Below are positions 25,324 through 38,443 of a DNA stretch of 64,000 nucleotides, in pieces. Origin of the DNA: Macrostomum lignano (taxonomy: Eukaryota). The position numbers were made by a program, and so were the translations under genes. The notes under the pieces are model-generated. The model saw nothing but the letters and a program-made list of their open reading frames with translations. It was not told where the DNA came from and made no database searches. Numbering within the stretch: position 1 is the stretch's first letter; the number at the start of each line of letters is the position of its first letter. The DNA lies in assembly GCA_002269645.1 (NCBI GenBank), contig NIVC01003772.1, positions 1 through 64,000 of the forward strand, given 5' to 3'.

Positions 25324-25822
25324 ATATGAGACACTGAGATGAGAAGCTGATATGAGACACTGATATGAGAAGCTGATATGCATGAGACACTGAGATGGAA
25401 TACTGAGATGAGACTCTGGGATGAGACACTGAGATATAAGACACTATAAGATGAGACACTGAGATGAGACACTGAGATGAGACACTGAGATGAGACACTG
25501 AGTTGAGACACTATAAGATGAGACACTAAGATGAGACACTGAGATGAAATACTGAGATGTGAGACACTGAGATGAGAAGCTGATATGAGACACTGATATG
25601 AGAAGCTGATATGCATGAGACACTGAGATGGAACACTGAGATATGAGACTCTGGGATGAGACACTGAGATGAGACACTGAGATGAGACACTGAGATGAGA
25701 CACTGAGATATAGGACACTATAAGATGAGACACTAAGATGAGACACTGAGATGAGACACTGAGATGAGACACTGAGATGAGACACTGAGATGAGACACTG
25801 GGATGAGAAACTGGGATGAGAC
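25324..25822. repeat. 13-bp minisatellite GAGACACTGAGAT
   Basis: Tandem units with an internal duplicated block. Confidence 0.92.
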
Positions 25823-26329
25823 CCAGCTATGAGCCTGTAGATCGCACTGAGACAGACGGTTGCATCGGAAGAATACGCCGGCAAAGACATCTAACAGTGA
25901 AGCAACAGTGTCAAGAAAGACCTAGTCTGCTAAAATAAAAAACAGAGCAGTCGACTATTTTGAGGCTAGAATTACATTTTCGTTGGAGAGTGTCTTATAG
26001 GCCCAGGGGAGTTAATTGAATGACTCTAAGCCTATAGGGCCTCATTGATTAATCAGGAACTAAAAATGGGTGGGAGCAGCAGCTGCTTCTGCTTGCACTG
26101 CGCCCAGTGATATTGGCAGCTGGGGCCAATCCAATATGCAGAAATCAAACTAGCCGAGTTTTAGAGCTCTGCAGAGAGCGGGAGAGAGAGACAGGAAGAA
26201 AGGCAAAGATTGTGCGAAGATCAGAAGTATCCCGGCTACTGAAAAAAGAAAGGCCCAGCAAGCAGAACAGAAGAAGAGAGAAGTAGAAAAATAGCAAGTT
26301 GGAGTAAAAGTCGAGAAAACATCAGCAAA

Positions 26330-26555
26330 GCCCACAATCCTTTTGGCAAGGGCTTCTTCGTGCTCATAAATCTGCTCTGGGGGAGGGGGGAGAGAAGCGC
26401 GATGGGAGGCAAGTGAGACAGGGATTTGGGCTGGGGTCTCATCCTCTGGGATTCGAAAATGATCTGGGTAGCAGGGGGCAGAAGGCGATAGTGCGCACGA
26501 ATCAGCGGTCGTGGGGTTCGCTTCCGGCAAATTCCCAGAAGGACACCTGCACTGG
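26330..26555 (-). CDS. Probable second exon of the Gln/His-rich membrane-protein gene (Cys/Pro-rich); 3' boundary uncertain
   Basis: The phase-2 donor GC/GTGAGC at 27275 joins in frame to the acceptor ACCAG/C at 26556, giving ...SIPA-QCRCPSG... Confidence 0.45.
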
Positions 26556-26898
26556 CTGGTCGATAATTGAAAACCGAAGCGAAGCAGGGTCCTTTTGATT
26601 CGGAATTGGACCCGAAGTTTTCTGCGAAACTTGAAAGTTTTTAGGCAGTTCGATTTATATATTTTGCTGAGCCAGACTTTGATGCGATTAGTCACGGGAT
26701 TTCGAAGCTAATAATTATTGACTCTCGAGGATTTTTCCTTCGCCCAGCAACGCCGGGGAGGATTCCGTTCGATAAGATTAATGCATGCGCTGCATCAGGC
26801 GCAAGGATTTGCGTAGCAACAAAGTAAAAAGCATCCGAACACAGCTCCAAAAAGTGCAGACCTCGTGTTTAAACAGAAAGGTATAGTAGACGGAAACG

Positions 26899-27092
26899 GA
26901 GAGGCAGATTCTCAAGGACTGAAGGAGAGTAGGGAGGCAGATTCTCAAGGACTGAAGGAGAGTAGAGAGGCAGATTCTCAAGGACTGAAGGAGAGTAGAG
27001 AGGCAGATTCTCAAGGACTGGGGGAGAGTAGAGAGGCAGATTCTCAAGGACTGATGGAGAGTAGAGAGGCAGATTCTCAAGAACTGATGGAG
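26899..27092. repeat. About 6 copies of the 33-bp satellite, inverted relative to the 38.4-40.1 kb array, inside the putative intron
   Basis: GAGGCAGATTCTCAAGGACTGA(A/G/T)GGAGAGTA(G)A units. Confidence 0.92.
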
Positions 27093-27275
27093 GTTGGAGA
27101 ATGAAATTCGGGTTGCAGCAAGGATATGCTATTACATTAGTGTCTATGCTTGATCTCAGTTGCTGAGTATTCTTAGCTACTCAAACCCTAAAAGCTTGTA
27201 ATTTAAGCTAATCAACGACAGCGTAATCCTACTTTGGCTAAGTACGAATTCGCTGTTGGCTGCTCCGCAGCTCAC

Positions 27276-27925
27276 GCAGGAATCGACTGAATACTGGCTC
27301 CGACCGTGGCATTGGCCCTGGCAGCTTTGTCGGCTAATTCTCTACCTGCAGTGTGAAAGACTCCGAATGCGGCCAGAAACACCACCGCCAGGACGAACAG
27401 AAGCGTGCAGGACAGGTAGATCATAATCAGGGCCCGTTGTCGCAGTTGTTTCCGTTTCATCGCCAGCTTCAATGCTGCTTCATCAGTGACAACTGACGGT
27501 GCCGTTACCTCCGCTTCTGATTCGGGCTCGCCGATGCGTTCGACCTCTCGCTGTTGCAGAAGCTGCTGCTGCCGCTGCTGCAGATAATTCTGCTGGCGTC
27601 GGGCCAGAGGTATCGCCGGAGTTGGCTCCTCCGAGACGCTGTCCGGCACGCTGAGCAGGGGGAAGCTCACCGACGGTCTGACTGGCTCGTCATCTGAGGC
27701 TGCGAATCCGCGTCCAGATGCCAGACGAAACGTTGTTGCAACTGCTGATGAAGTCGCCGCTTGCTGTTGGGGTGGCGGGGTCCAGACTCTGTCGCGATGA
27801 TGATGCTGCTGTTGCAGATGATGATGATGCTCATGCTGCTGCTGCTGCTGTTGTTGTTGAGTCTGTTGCGACATGCCTGCTGCCGAAGGGTTAGACCAAA
27901 CTGAGCTCTGCATGGTGCTCTGCAT
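27276..27925 (-). CDS. Orphan single-pass membrane protein exon with a Gln/His-rich N-terminus
   Basis: GC-rich 217-codon ORF with polyQ/H tracts, a basic patch followed by the TM helix ALIMIYLSCTLLFVLAVVFLAAFGVF, an N-glycosylation sequon (NAT) after the TM, and a GTGAG donor at its end. Confidence 0.7.
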
Positions 27926-29889
27926 ACAAGTATAATGGCTCTACGCTTCTAATATACTTAGAAGCCTTTAGCCGTCTTCGGGGTGAGAAAAAAGACCCAA
28001 TACAGTTAGTAACTGATTGAGTAAGGCTCCGGTGTTACTTTATTTGAGGATTTTCTATTTAGAAGAGGGTCCGAGGAGTAGAAAGAGAGAGAAGGCGCCT
28101 ATGCATGCGCGTATCGTATATACGTTCCTGTATATATACAATTGGTGCGTTGTTCTGCCTTAACGTGCGTGTTAGCCGCATTCTGCGCCAACGCTGTAGC
28201 GCTCGTCAGGAGGGGAGGAGGGGTTGGAGGACATGGACACCCCCTTCCACCCTCCACAGCCTTCCAACTCTCCTCTCTCCTGCTCGCGCGTTGGCCGAGA
28301 CAGAGACGCATAAGAAGAATCCAACCAACCTAGAGACAAGGAAAAAAGAGCTTTAGCTATAAAAGAAGAGTTGAGAGACGGGCAGACGCAGACGTATTGG
28401 GACGCACACACACACCAAAGCTAAAAAATGATAGGAAGGCATGCAAATGCAAGACACAGAGGCCACTAGCTATGGCAGCAGACCCGGAAAAAAGAGATTG
28501 AAAAAAGTGGGACCAACTATTGGGAGAGAATCAGAGGAAGGATTGGGAATTGGGAGTGTGGGTGCTGGTGGTTGTCAGTTCCCAGGCCCGGGTCTTCGCT
28601 GCTGGGTACAGTATGGTAGCGTTTGGATATCTTAGCATACAATAAGTCCATTATCCTGTAGACAGTTCGGCTCTGCCACTCTCTTCAACCTCTCGACGCC
28701 GCTCTCGATCGACTCTCTCGCCCGGAGTCCAGCCGCCCCCCTCCTCCAAATTCATTCACTCTTTTTCCATTTTTCTGTCTTTAGGGTGACAAGCGAGTTC
28801 TATACGGACTAAGTGACGACAGGGTCAACCTACCTAAATGGTCGCTAGGACAGAGAGACAAGGGAGAGAGGTGAATTTCTGTTCTTGAAGCCTTGCCCCT
28901 CCCTCCCCCCGGTGACAGAAGTCCAAGCTTTCAATGGGGCTGGTTGTTTTTTCACGCTGCACATTCAATTATATGCATTCGCTATAGTTCACTTATAATT
29001 CAAATAGCAAGAATGTGAGCCAAGTGATGACTGCATGGTTGAGAGAGGTACTCTTAAGTAGAATACCTTTTCTTAAGGTAATGCATCTATTAGTACCTTT
29101 GGATAATGGTTCAAATGGTTAGGCAATATGTATTAACAAAAAATTTATCGTCTGCGCTTTTGTTTTCAAATAATGATGACCTGGATGAAGGTAAAGATCA
29201 AACCTGAATCACGTAGTTTAGGTTTAATTAAGGTCCGCTGTACAACCTGTGTGCGCGTTGTATTATTAGTTTCGGTGCTTAAAACTCCTAGCACAGTGAT
29301 GCCTTTTGTCACAAAACCTGCCCATTAACTGCATTGGGTTAACAGCTAGCTGCGATAAACTGGCAGCACTAATGGGGCACAAGCTTGGCAGCTACCTCGT
29401 ACTCGTATTTTCTTTCAATATAGCCCGGAAGCCAAAAGATGTATTAGCTAGTTCAGAGCCAATGCTTAACCCAGGCCAACTAGGGAAAAGTACTCGTACA
29501 CTTGGGCGAACGGAAATCGACTTCCTCCTTTTTATTGCTGTTTGTCACTAGGGGTAACGGGCAACGTACCTGTTCTCGAAAAAGTAATGTTTTACACATC
29601 CTTTGAGGCTCTACAGTAGGTTCTAGACAGATTTATGGTTTTTACAAGCAGCGGGAGAAATTATTGCTTGCAGGCGCGAAATTATCTACATCTGCGCGGT
29701 GTAATATTAACAGGTAAGCTATATAATGACGTTAATTGATTCGAAAACCACAAAGGAAGAGTTGGATTGATAAAAAGTAGACAGGCCGAGGTAGTTAAGA
29801 GGAGCAGAAGCAGAGTAGATAGGATAGTGAGGGTAGATCGCAGATTGATATAAAAAGGTGGATGTAGATTGGACAGTCCAGGGAAAAGT

Positions 29890-30170
29890 AGATGATTAGA
29901 TGAGAGGTAGACAATAGAGGGAACATTAGACAATAGAGGGAGAGGTAGACATGCTAATGGAAGAGGTATAAACTGATGGGAGAGGTAGACACTGAAGGGA
30001 GAGGTAGACATGCTGATGGGAGAGGTAAACAATGATAGGAGAGGTAGACACTGATGGGAGAGGTAGACACTGATGGGAGGTAAACAATAGAGGGATAGGT
30101 AGACAATGGAGAAAGAGGTAGACAATATAGAGGGTGAGGTAGCCAGCAAATGGAGAGGTAGATAGTGAGA
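29890..30170. repeat. Degenerate purine-rich ~19-bp repeat (GGGAGAGGTAGACACTGAT)
   Basis: Recurrent GAGAGGTAGACA units. Confidence 0.7.
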
Positions 30171-30839
30171 TAATGAAATCACATTTCGTACAGTACAAGC
30201 AGCTGTGGGCAGCCAGCAGCACGAGTTTCTATTTTTCATAGATTAACTGAACACGACCCAGATCCGTGGGTGTCACCACTGATAAGAAGCTGTAATTGAC
30301 AGCCTCGCGTGAGCTGCAACCCAACTCAATCGATAATCGGCAATGCTCGGCACTCTGTCTGAGTGAGCAAAGTCATTATCTTTATAGCCTACCCTATCCC
30401 GTGAGGATTCTAGTTTCAAGGGAAAATTTAATTAGACAGACGCGGTGCTCTCGCACACTTTCTCCCGTATTAAAATTCGGCCCCACAATAGTATAAGTGC
30501 ATTAATCTGACCATCTTTTCAGACTGCTTATTAGTTAACATCGCGCGGAAGTCCTTTTATCTCTTTTAGCTAGGAGAGGATTTGATCAAGAAGGAAATTT
30601 CCACTCTCTTTTATATATAAAAAGTTTTCCTTAAAGCAGTTCTTGGGAGCTGCTGATGAGGCTAATTGTACTATTTTTGCTACATCATAGAACAGAGTTC
30701 TGGATCCACCTGCAAAGCTGCTTGACTTTATTCTTTCTAACTTCTAAAATGAAATTTTAAAGATACAACTAAGTTTTCATGGCTGAATGTTTTATTTACT
30801 GTAAAAATATCAAAACTCTTCTTCGTCAAGTGGGAAGTT

Positions 30840-31110
30840 AGGAAGCTAGAAGTAGATGCATATGCATGTAATAGAAGGAGAAGTAGAAAATGGAGGGAAA
30901 GAGAGAGGGAGAGGGAGACAAGAGAGAGAGGTAGATAAGAGTGGGAAAGGGGTAGATAAGAGGGAGAGGGAGATAAGTGAGAGAGAGGGAGGTAAGGAGG
31001 TAAGAGAGGGAGGTGTAAGAGGGAGGGGTAGATAAGAGGGAGCAGTAAAAGAGAACAGTCGACAACAAGAGGAGCGGTAGATTGTAGAGGGAGTGGTAGG
31101 CAATGGAGAG
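30840..31110. repeat. Polypurine low-complexity tract
   Basis: Almost exclusively A/G on the plus strand. Confidence 0.7.
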
Positions 31111-32432
31111 AAAGAGCCGAAAGGTAAAATTGTCTTTACTTTTGAATTTGTATTCTATTTTTTCATACTGTCGTAACCTTCACTCCTACTGTAAGTAGGC
31201 TGGTTTATAATCAAACTTCTCATTCATCGAATCCTACGCTCTCGATTTGCAAGCGTGTGTGGCTTGGAGAGCTCATGCTTATTATTATTATAGAAATGAG
31301 TTGTAGCTATAGAAATATTTAAGCGTATGAAGAGAAGAATAGAATAGACGTTTCGCAATACTAAAAATGCTCGTAGATATTCAAGATAATACAATTTGGT
31401 GCTTGCAGTGTGTTGCGTAATCCTTTCTAGCAATCCTGGAGCGAGGCACGTTGTTGACTCAGTTTCTCAGATTTTATTCGGTTAAAATTCCACAATTGAC
31501 GGCGGGTGGGTGAGTCCTTCGGGGCGCAGGTCTCTCTGCTCAGACCTCAGAGTCAGTCTTGCCCAGGTCTCCGACGCGATAGATATCTGGAGTAGAAATC
31601 TCGTTTCATATAAACAGATTCTATAGGACTTTCGCGACTTTCGCGCATTTTTGCTTTTCAAGCTACGCTGACTGCGACCTTAAGATTTTGAAAATAACTT
31701 TTGTTCCAAACATCTTTCGTCTATATTTTTTACAAAACTTATTTCTTACTCCTTTTGGAATGCCGGATTGTTGTTTCAAAAATTGATTGAAGTAAGGTCT
31801 CAGAATGATTTATTTTCTGTTTGGAATCCGACGTTTATTCAATATGTCTTTCATCTGTTTTATATTTTCAGATCCAGACTTATTTAATAGAAATGATGAA
31901 GATTCGACCTTCAAGGTGTCGATTTCCACTCCAGATGCTGCTTAATATAGAAGTCCATGGCCAATTGCTTCCCTATGGTCCAAGGTCTAAAGATCTTTCA
32001 AATTGGCTGTCTCTTATCTAGCTAGCTAGCTGGTAATGTCTATTGCGTGTGTAGCGGCGGAGGTTGGGGTGGGCGGCAGCGCACAGCGCCGCTAGGGGGT
32101 AAGAGGGGAGAGCGGTGCTTTGTACCCACGCGACGGGGGTGCGAAGAGGCCGAGGGGTTTGCTTGGAATGAGAGGGAGGAGGGCCTTTCGGGGGGGGGGG
32201 GTCAGCTGCGGAGCGGGGGCGACCTTGACGCGGCGGATTGACTGGACTGGGACCGGCAAAAAGACCCTCGAGGCCCCACATAAGACCAGATAAATAGAGC
32301 CTAGCTTTAGTAGCTCCAGCTCCGGAACTCTCTTGTCTAGATAAAAATAATCTAGCCACTGGATTGCTAGAAATTTGCAGAATATTCTGACGCACACACG
32401 AGACAAAACACCATCCAGCACCACTAGCAGAA

Positions 32433-33064
32433 ATGGGTTCCGCAGAGTCGAAGCCCGCATTTTCTTACGCTTCTTCGGACTGTAGCAGCAGTTCGTCAGA
32501 TGCGGCTGCAGCAGCGGCAGCGGCGGCAGCAGTTTCTAGCGACAGCGCAGAGGACCTGGGACCCTACCTGTCTTCCTTGTCCCTATCGGGTATTCGTCTG
32601 CACCAGGTAGACTCTAGAAACTACCTGGGTAGACTCCAAGATGCCGAGAAATTTAGCCAGCCAAACGGGGCAACTCAGGTGATGAGGAGTCTGCTTCTGC
32701 GTTTGCTTCTGTGGCGACGAGAGCGCGAGAATGCGTCGAACGCGTGGCGAACTCGACTCATCGAACAGCAGGAGCAGCGGATTTTGAAGGCCCAGAAGCG
32801 GCACCTTCAGATTCCATCGGCCACTGCGCCGACTGTCGCCTCGCCAGCAGCCACACCCTCCAACACGTCGGGTTCTGACGGCTTCGGCGAGTCGTCGGCA
32901 ACTTCAAAGGCGGCATCGATATCAGAGGAGGCGGTCAGCAAAGATCTCACCACACTGCTAAGGCGGGGCTTCGACCCGGCCGCCTACAATAAGCGACAGC
33001 AATTAGCCAGGTTCTCGCAGCCGGAGAAGTTCGGCCTGAACCCGCGGAGGTCTGAGACAGCCGG
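32433..33064 (+). CDS. Orphan protein, probable first coding exon with an N-myristoylation motif
   Basis: GC-rich ORF starting MGSAES (M-G-x-x-x-S) with polyS/polyA and a helical charged segment. GC content drops abruptly after CCGG/GTGCAA (~33064). A GC-rich upstream region spans 32040-32430. Confidence 0.65.
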
Positions 33065-35019
33065 GTGCAAATTTTTTTATTGTATAATTATCATAATTAT
33101 TAGCCAATTATTTCATATTGCCATCAGACTAGCTAAATTAGACCAATTAAGTTATTAAATTACTATTAACAACTGTGATTTAAGCAAGGCTTGTTTTGTC
33201 TGACAATGCGACAGCTGACTTCTGAAAAACATTTTCGACTTTTAGTGTTCTTTATTATTATTAAATTACGAATTTCCATTTCCATTCGACCATTTCATCT
33301 GTGTTGTCCATTTTGCATTCATTTCACTAATCATTTATTTGCCTTGCCAAATTCCATCGTTGGCTCGGTTGGCTGACTTGCGGCACATTTCTTTTAAATT
33401 TCCCTGACAACACCTACGTAGCCACCATTAGTGAAAATATTTTTTGGCAGGTGCTTAATCTGCTATATTCTGCATCCTCAGTATTACTAAAATGTTTGAA
33501 CTTGCAGCCATTCGAAATACAATTGGAATTGAAAAATCTGTGAACTCCATCGAACTGCTTTCATTTCCTTTTTTCATTGAAATTTCGCCTCTACTAAGTT
33601 ATTTTCGCTACATGTCGGCGAAATGTGCTAAGTATGAAGTTTTGTATGTCTTATCGCTGCACTTGTATGAATTTTGGTTTTGACTTTCCCCGGCGTCTGT
33701 TTAGCGGCAAACTCAATGTGTGGCCTCATAAAGATAAGAATGACTATTTCTGATTTTGGCAATTGACGCAAAGCGAAGCTAAAAATTAGAGATAGTCGTG
33801 TTTTGACTGCGTAGAAATATTATTTGCAAAAAGATAAACAGAATTTAAAGTATTAAATTTGAGAAGTGAGAGAGCAACTGTGGCAAACCTTGCAGTGAGA
33901 TTGAAAATTTTTAATTAATGAGATTGACAAAGCGCAGATGCCGGATTAATTTTATCGCTAGAGATAAACAATGCCTGTAGGATTTTAGTTCTAGGAAATT
34001 TGAGTTTCTAGAATATTAAAAATTCCATTGTTTCTGTAGAACAATTGATTAATTAGTTTTTTTTGTTTACCTTTATGAAAAGCTACGTTGGTTGAATATT
34101 GAGTGTGGCAGGACAGCTACTAGGAGTGGTAGGTATTCATGCGAGTGGCGTGCGGAGATAGCGAGAGGATAGTGAAAGAGGTTTGTAGCAGAGTATAGAG
34201 GGAGATAGAGAGGTAGATAGCACTGACTATACACAGTTTGAGAACATATATGAGTATATGGTGCCTTTGAGGTCAGGGGTGACTTCAGGGCTTTCACAGC
34301 TTAGCTTTATCAGTTCAGTGAAAGTCAACACGCAGTTCGATAACAGCCAGCAGTGCTCATGTCTGCTCTTTAAGGTCCTAAAATTGTGTCCATGTTTTGC
34401 CGGCTTCGGTGCCTCATAAAAAACCTTGGTGGGGTGGTGTTTGTCTCAGTTAGGCTTAAGTTCACTATAAGAGTCACTAGTTTAGTTCGTGATCAATAGA
34501 TTAGCGTGATAAATACGTTGATTGCGAGTTCGGAGCTGTGCAGAAAAATACTCGCCCGCTACAAAAACTTATCACTTTACTGACAGTAGGCTATTGCTCA
34601 TATCTAACAGTGGGTTGCTTTTGATTTTGACGGGATGCAGAGTTGGGACGGAGCAAGGCAGAGGAGGGGGAGGACAGAGAGAAGGGGAAGAGAAGGAAAA
34701 GAGGAGAGAGAAGAGGGAAGAGGAGGAAGAAGAGGGGAAGATAAGGGAGGATGGGGAAGCTTTCTTCGCTATCTATTTGAGTTGCTGATGCAGAACAGAA
34801 ACTGAGTCACCCGCTGGCTGGCTCCGTGGCGGGTTGCAGACACTAGACACGGGTTGCAGCAATGACTTACTAATACTAATACTATCTCTACTAATACTTA
34901 AGAAATAGTAGAGTAAATGATAACAGCAAAAATATAAAAAAAGTTTGAACAAAGAATGGCCTATCTATTAGCTACCTGGTAGCACAGGCCACAGGCATTA
35001 CCAGAGATTCGACGTAGTA

Positions 35020-35123
35020 CGAATTTGCCGAATAGTGAATTCGGCGAGTCGGGATTCGGCAAATGAGGAATTTCGGCAAACCAGGAATAGGCAAATCGGG
35101 AATCGGCGAATCGGGGGTAAACC
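35020..35123 (+). mobile_element. Solo right TIR of the same MULE family
   Basis: Ends GGGAATCGGCGAATCGGGGGTAAACC, matching the terminus at 23161, and is preceded by diverged subrepeats. No partner left TIR seen nearby. Confidence 0.8.
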
Positions 35124-35164
35124 CTTACACTGTAGAAGAATGTTAGAAGAGCACATTGATTTCC

Positions 35165-35425
35165 ATTGACATTGGACTGGACCAAGCACCGGAGTTGGAA
35201 TTCCTGTCTGACAACAACATTAAACTCTGCATTGCTTCAGTTCACCCAGCTGTAAAATGGGTGCCAGCATTAGCTGGGGGTAATTGAGGGTGTGTGGCGA
35301 CCCCCCCCCCCCCCCAGTCCTTTAACTGAACAGCCGTACGCAGCCTTCAGATGCGCCGCGAAATAGCTGCGGCTGAGCTGTCGGTTGCACATCAACTGCG
35401 CATTAGGGCAGGTGTAATAAATTAT
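35165..35425 (+). mobile_element. CORE-type SINE copy (degenerate head)
   Basis: CTCTGCATTGCTTCAGTTCACCCAGCTGTAAAATGGGT core. The tail GCTGCGGCTGAGCTGTCGGTTG is shared with the 55.6-55.75 kb copy. Confidence 0.7.
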
Positions 35426-35780
35426 TTTAACTAGTTGTTATTATATCTGAAAAAAGTTAAAATGGCACACAGAAAGTGCATTAAAAATGGTGAAAGAATT
35501 TCATGTTAGACAGGCCAACAACTATAAGACGGCTAAGGCATCCTTACGAAAACTTGTCTAAGCAGCAGAGCAAAGTGTGAAAGGTACGAAAGTAATCCGA
35601 ATAGCCGCTTTAAGCTGCAATTATTCTATTTTTATAGTTCTTCAGTAACGATTCTGTTAAGTAAGACCATTCGAGTGTAATTGCCGCTTACATAGGTAAA
35701 TAGTAATTAATCAATTTTTCATTTACGTCTCCAATTGACTTAAATTTCAGTATAGAAAGTTAAGAAACAGTTTGTGTATA

Positions 35781-37800
35781 ACAGGTGTCACACTCAGGTG
35801 AACAGGTGACACACACTCAGTCGAACAGGTTACACACACTCAGTAGAACAGGTGACACACACTCAGATAAACAGGTGACACACACTCAGGTGAACAGGTG
35901 ACACACACTCAGATAAACAGGTGACACACACTCAGGTGAACAGGTGACACACACTCAGGTGAACAGGTGACACACACACTCAGGTGAACAGGTGACACAC
36001 ACACACTCAGGTGAACAGGTGACACACACACTCAGGTGCACAGGTGACACACACTCAGTTGAACAGGTGACACACCCACTCAAGTGAACAGGTGACACAC
36101 ACTCTCAGGTGAACAGGTGACACACACTCAGTCGAACAGGTGACGCACACTCAGTCGAACAGGTGACACACACTCCAGGTGAACAGGTGACACACACTTA
36201 GGTGAACAGGTGACACACTCTCAGGTGAACAGGTGACACACACACACTCAGGTGAACAGGTGACACACACACTCGGGTGAACAGGTGACACACACTCAGT
36301 TGAACAGGTGACACACCCACTCAAGTGAACAGGTGACACACCCACTCAGTTGAACAGGTGACACACACTCAGTCGAACAGGTGACGCACACTCAGTCGAA
36401 CAGGTGACACACACTCAGTCGAACAGGTGACACACACTCAGTCGAACAGGTGACACACACTCAGGTGAATAGGTGACGCACACTCAGTCGAACAGGTGAC
36501 ACACACTCAGTCGAACAGGTGACACACACTCAGTCGAACAGGTGACGCACACTCAGTCGAACAGGTGACGCACACTCAGTCGAACAGGTGACACACACTC
36601 AGTCGAACAGGTGACACACACTCAGTCGAACAGGTGACACACACTCAGGTGAATAGGTGACACACACTCAGTCGAACAGGTGACACACACTCAGGTGAAC
36701 AGGTGACACACACACTCAGGTGAACAGGTGACACACACTCAGTCGAACAGGTGACACACACTCAGATAAACAGGTGACACACACTCAGGTGAACAGGTGA
36801 CACACACACTCAGGTGAACAGGTGACACACACTTAGTCGAACAGGTGACACACACTCAGATAAACAGGTGACACACACTCAGATAAACAGGTGACACACA
36901 CTCAGGTGAACAGGTGACACACACTCAGTCGAACAGGTGACACACACTCAGTCGAATAGGTGACACACACTCAGTCGAACAGGTGACACACACTCAGGTG
37001 AACAGGTGACACACACTCAGTCGAACAGGTGACACACACTCAGATAAACAGGTGACACACACTCAGGTGAACAGGTGATACACACTCCGGTGAACAGGTG
37101 ACACACACTCAGTCGAACAGGTGACAGACACTCAGGTGAACAGGTGACACACACTCAGTCGAACAGGTGACAGACACTCAGGTGAACAGGTGACACACAC
37201 TCAGGTGAACAGGTGACACACACTCAGGTGAACAGGTGACACACTCTCAGGTGAACAGGTGACACACACACACTCAGGTGAACAGGTGACACACACTCAG
37301 GTGAACAGGTGACACACACTCAGGTGAATAGGTGACACACACTCAGGTGAACAGGTGACACACACTCAGGTGAATAGGTGACACACACACACTCAGGTGA
37401 ACAGGTGACACACACTCAGGTGAACAGGTGACACACACTCAGGTGAACAGGTGACACACACTCAGGTGAATAGGTGACACACACTCAGTCGAACAGGTGA
37501 CACACACTCAGATAAACAGGTGACACACACTCAGATAAACAGGTGACACACACTCAGATAAACAGGTGACACACACTCAGATAAACAGGTGACACACACT
37601 CAGATAAACAGGTGACACACACTCAGGTGAACAGGTGACACACACTCAGGTGAACAGGTGACACACACTCAGGTGAACAGGTGACACACACTCAGGTGAA
37701 TAGGTGACACACACTCAGTCGAACAGGTGACACACACTCAGGTGAACAGGTGACACACACTCAGATAAACAGGTGACACACACTCAGGTGAACAGGTGAC
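35781..37800. repeat. 2-kb 23-bp minisatellite CAGGTGAACAGGTGACACACACT
   Basis: About 85 units, with variants (CAGTCG, CAGATA) and a variable CA tract. Confidence 0.97.
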
Positions 37801-38443
37801 AAACTTAGTCTAGCAGGTGACCCTCAAGAGGTTATGCTCAAGAGCTCAAGAGAGTATCATTTTAAGCTAACAACTTGGCTCAATTCTTTCAAAAGCTCTT
37901 ACACTTTCTCGCCACGTGGAAATTTCAGCTATTTTTACAAGACTTTAAGTAACTGTACGCTCGTATCTTTATTAATAAAATCTCGTAAATATACTTTGGT
38001 TCCTGTCGCACGTAGAACACAATGTCGAAAGAAAAAATCATTAGCTCCCGACTCAGATTGGTGTCAGAAAAGTGTTGAACAATCGCCAATGCGTGGATAT
38101 CAAATTGCAGCAGAAAGCGTGCCCCTGTTCAAGCCCAAGCACCATTGGCTCATTGCTTCACGTACGCCTTCACAACATGCAGTGAGTGCATTTATATCGT
38201 GGACAAGCTTGCTGGCTGGACCAATTCAGAGCAGAATAAACTGCAACGCAGACCAACCACAGAGCAGCGTTAGTTCACGGCGACTGAGCACCTGAGCACC
38301 TGTGGATATTGTGAATAATTCACAACGGCTCACGAAGTATAGCCTCGTCGTCTTTCATCGGGAGTACGCGGTTGAAAGGTATGAAGAAAGGCCTTCAGCT
38401 CGGTGGCTTGGGAGGTTTTACGCTCGTACTTTTTCCTCTGTTT

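Noticed and set aside
26150-26330. Second transmembrane helix at the end of ORF 26150-26695
   Set aside because: The F/S/L-rich stretch coincides with polypyrimidine tracts ending in TTCAG and CTGCAG acceptors, so it is more likely intronic.
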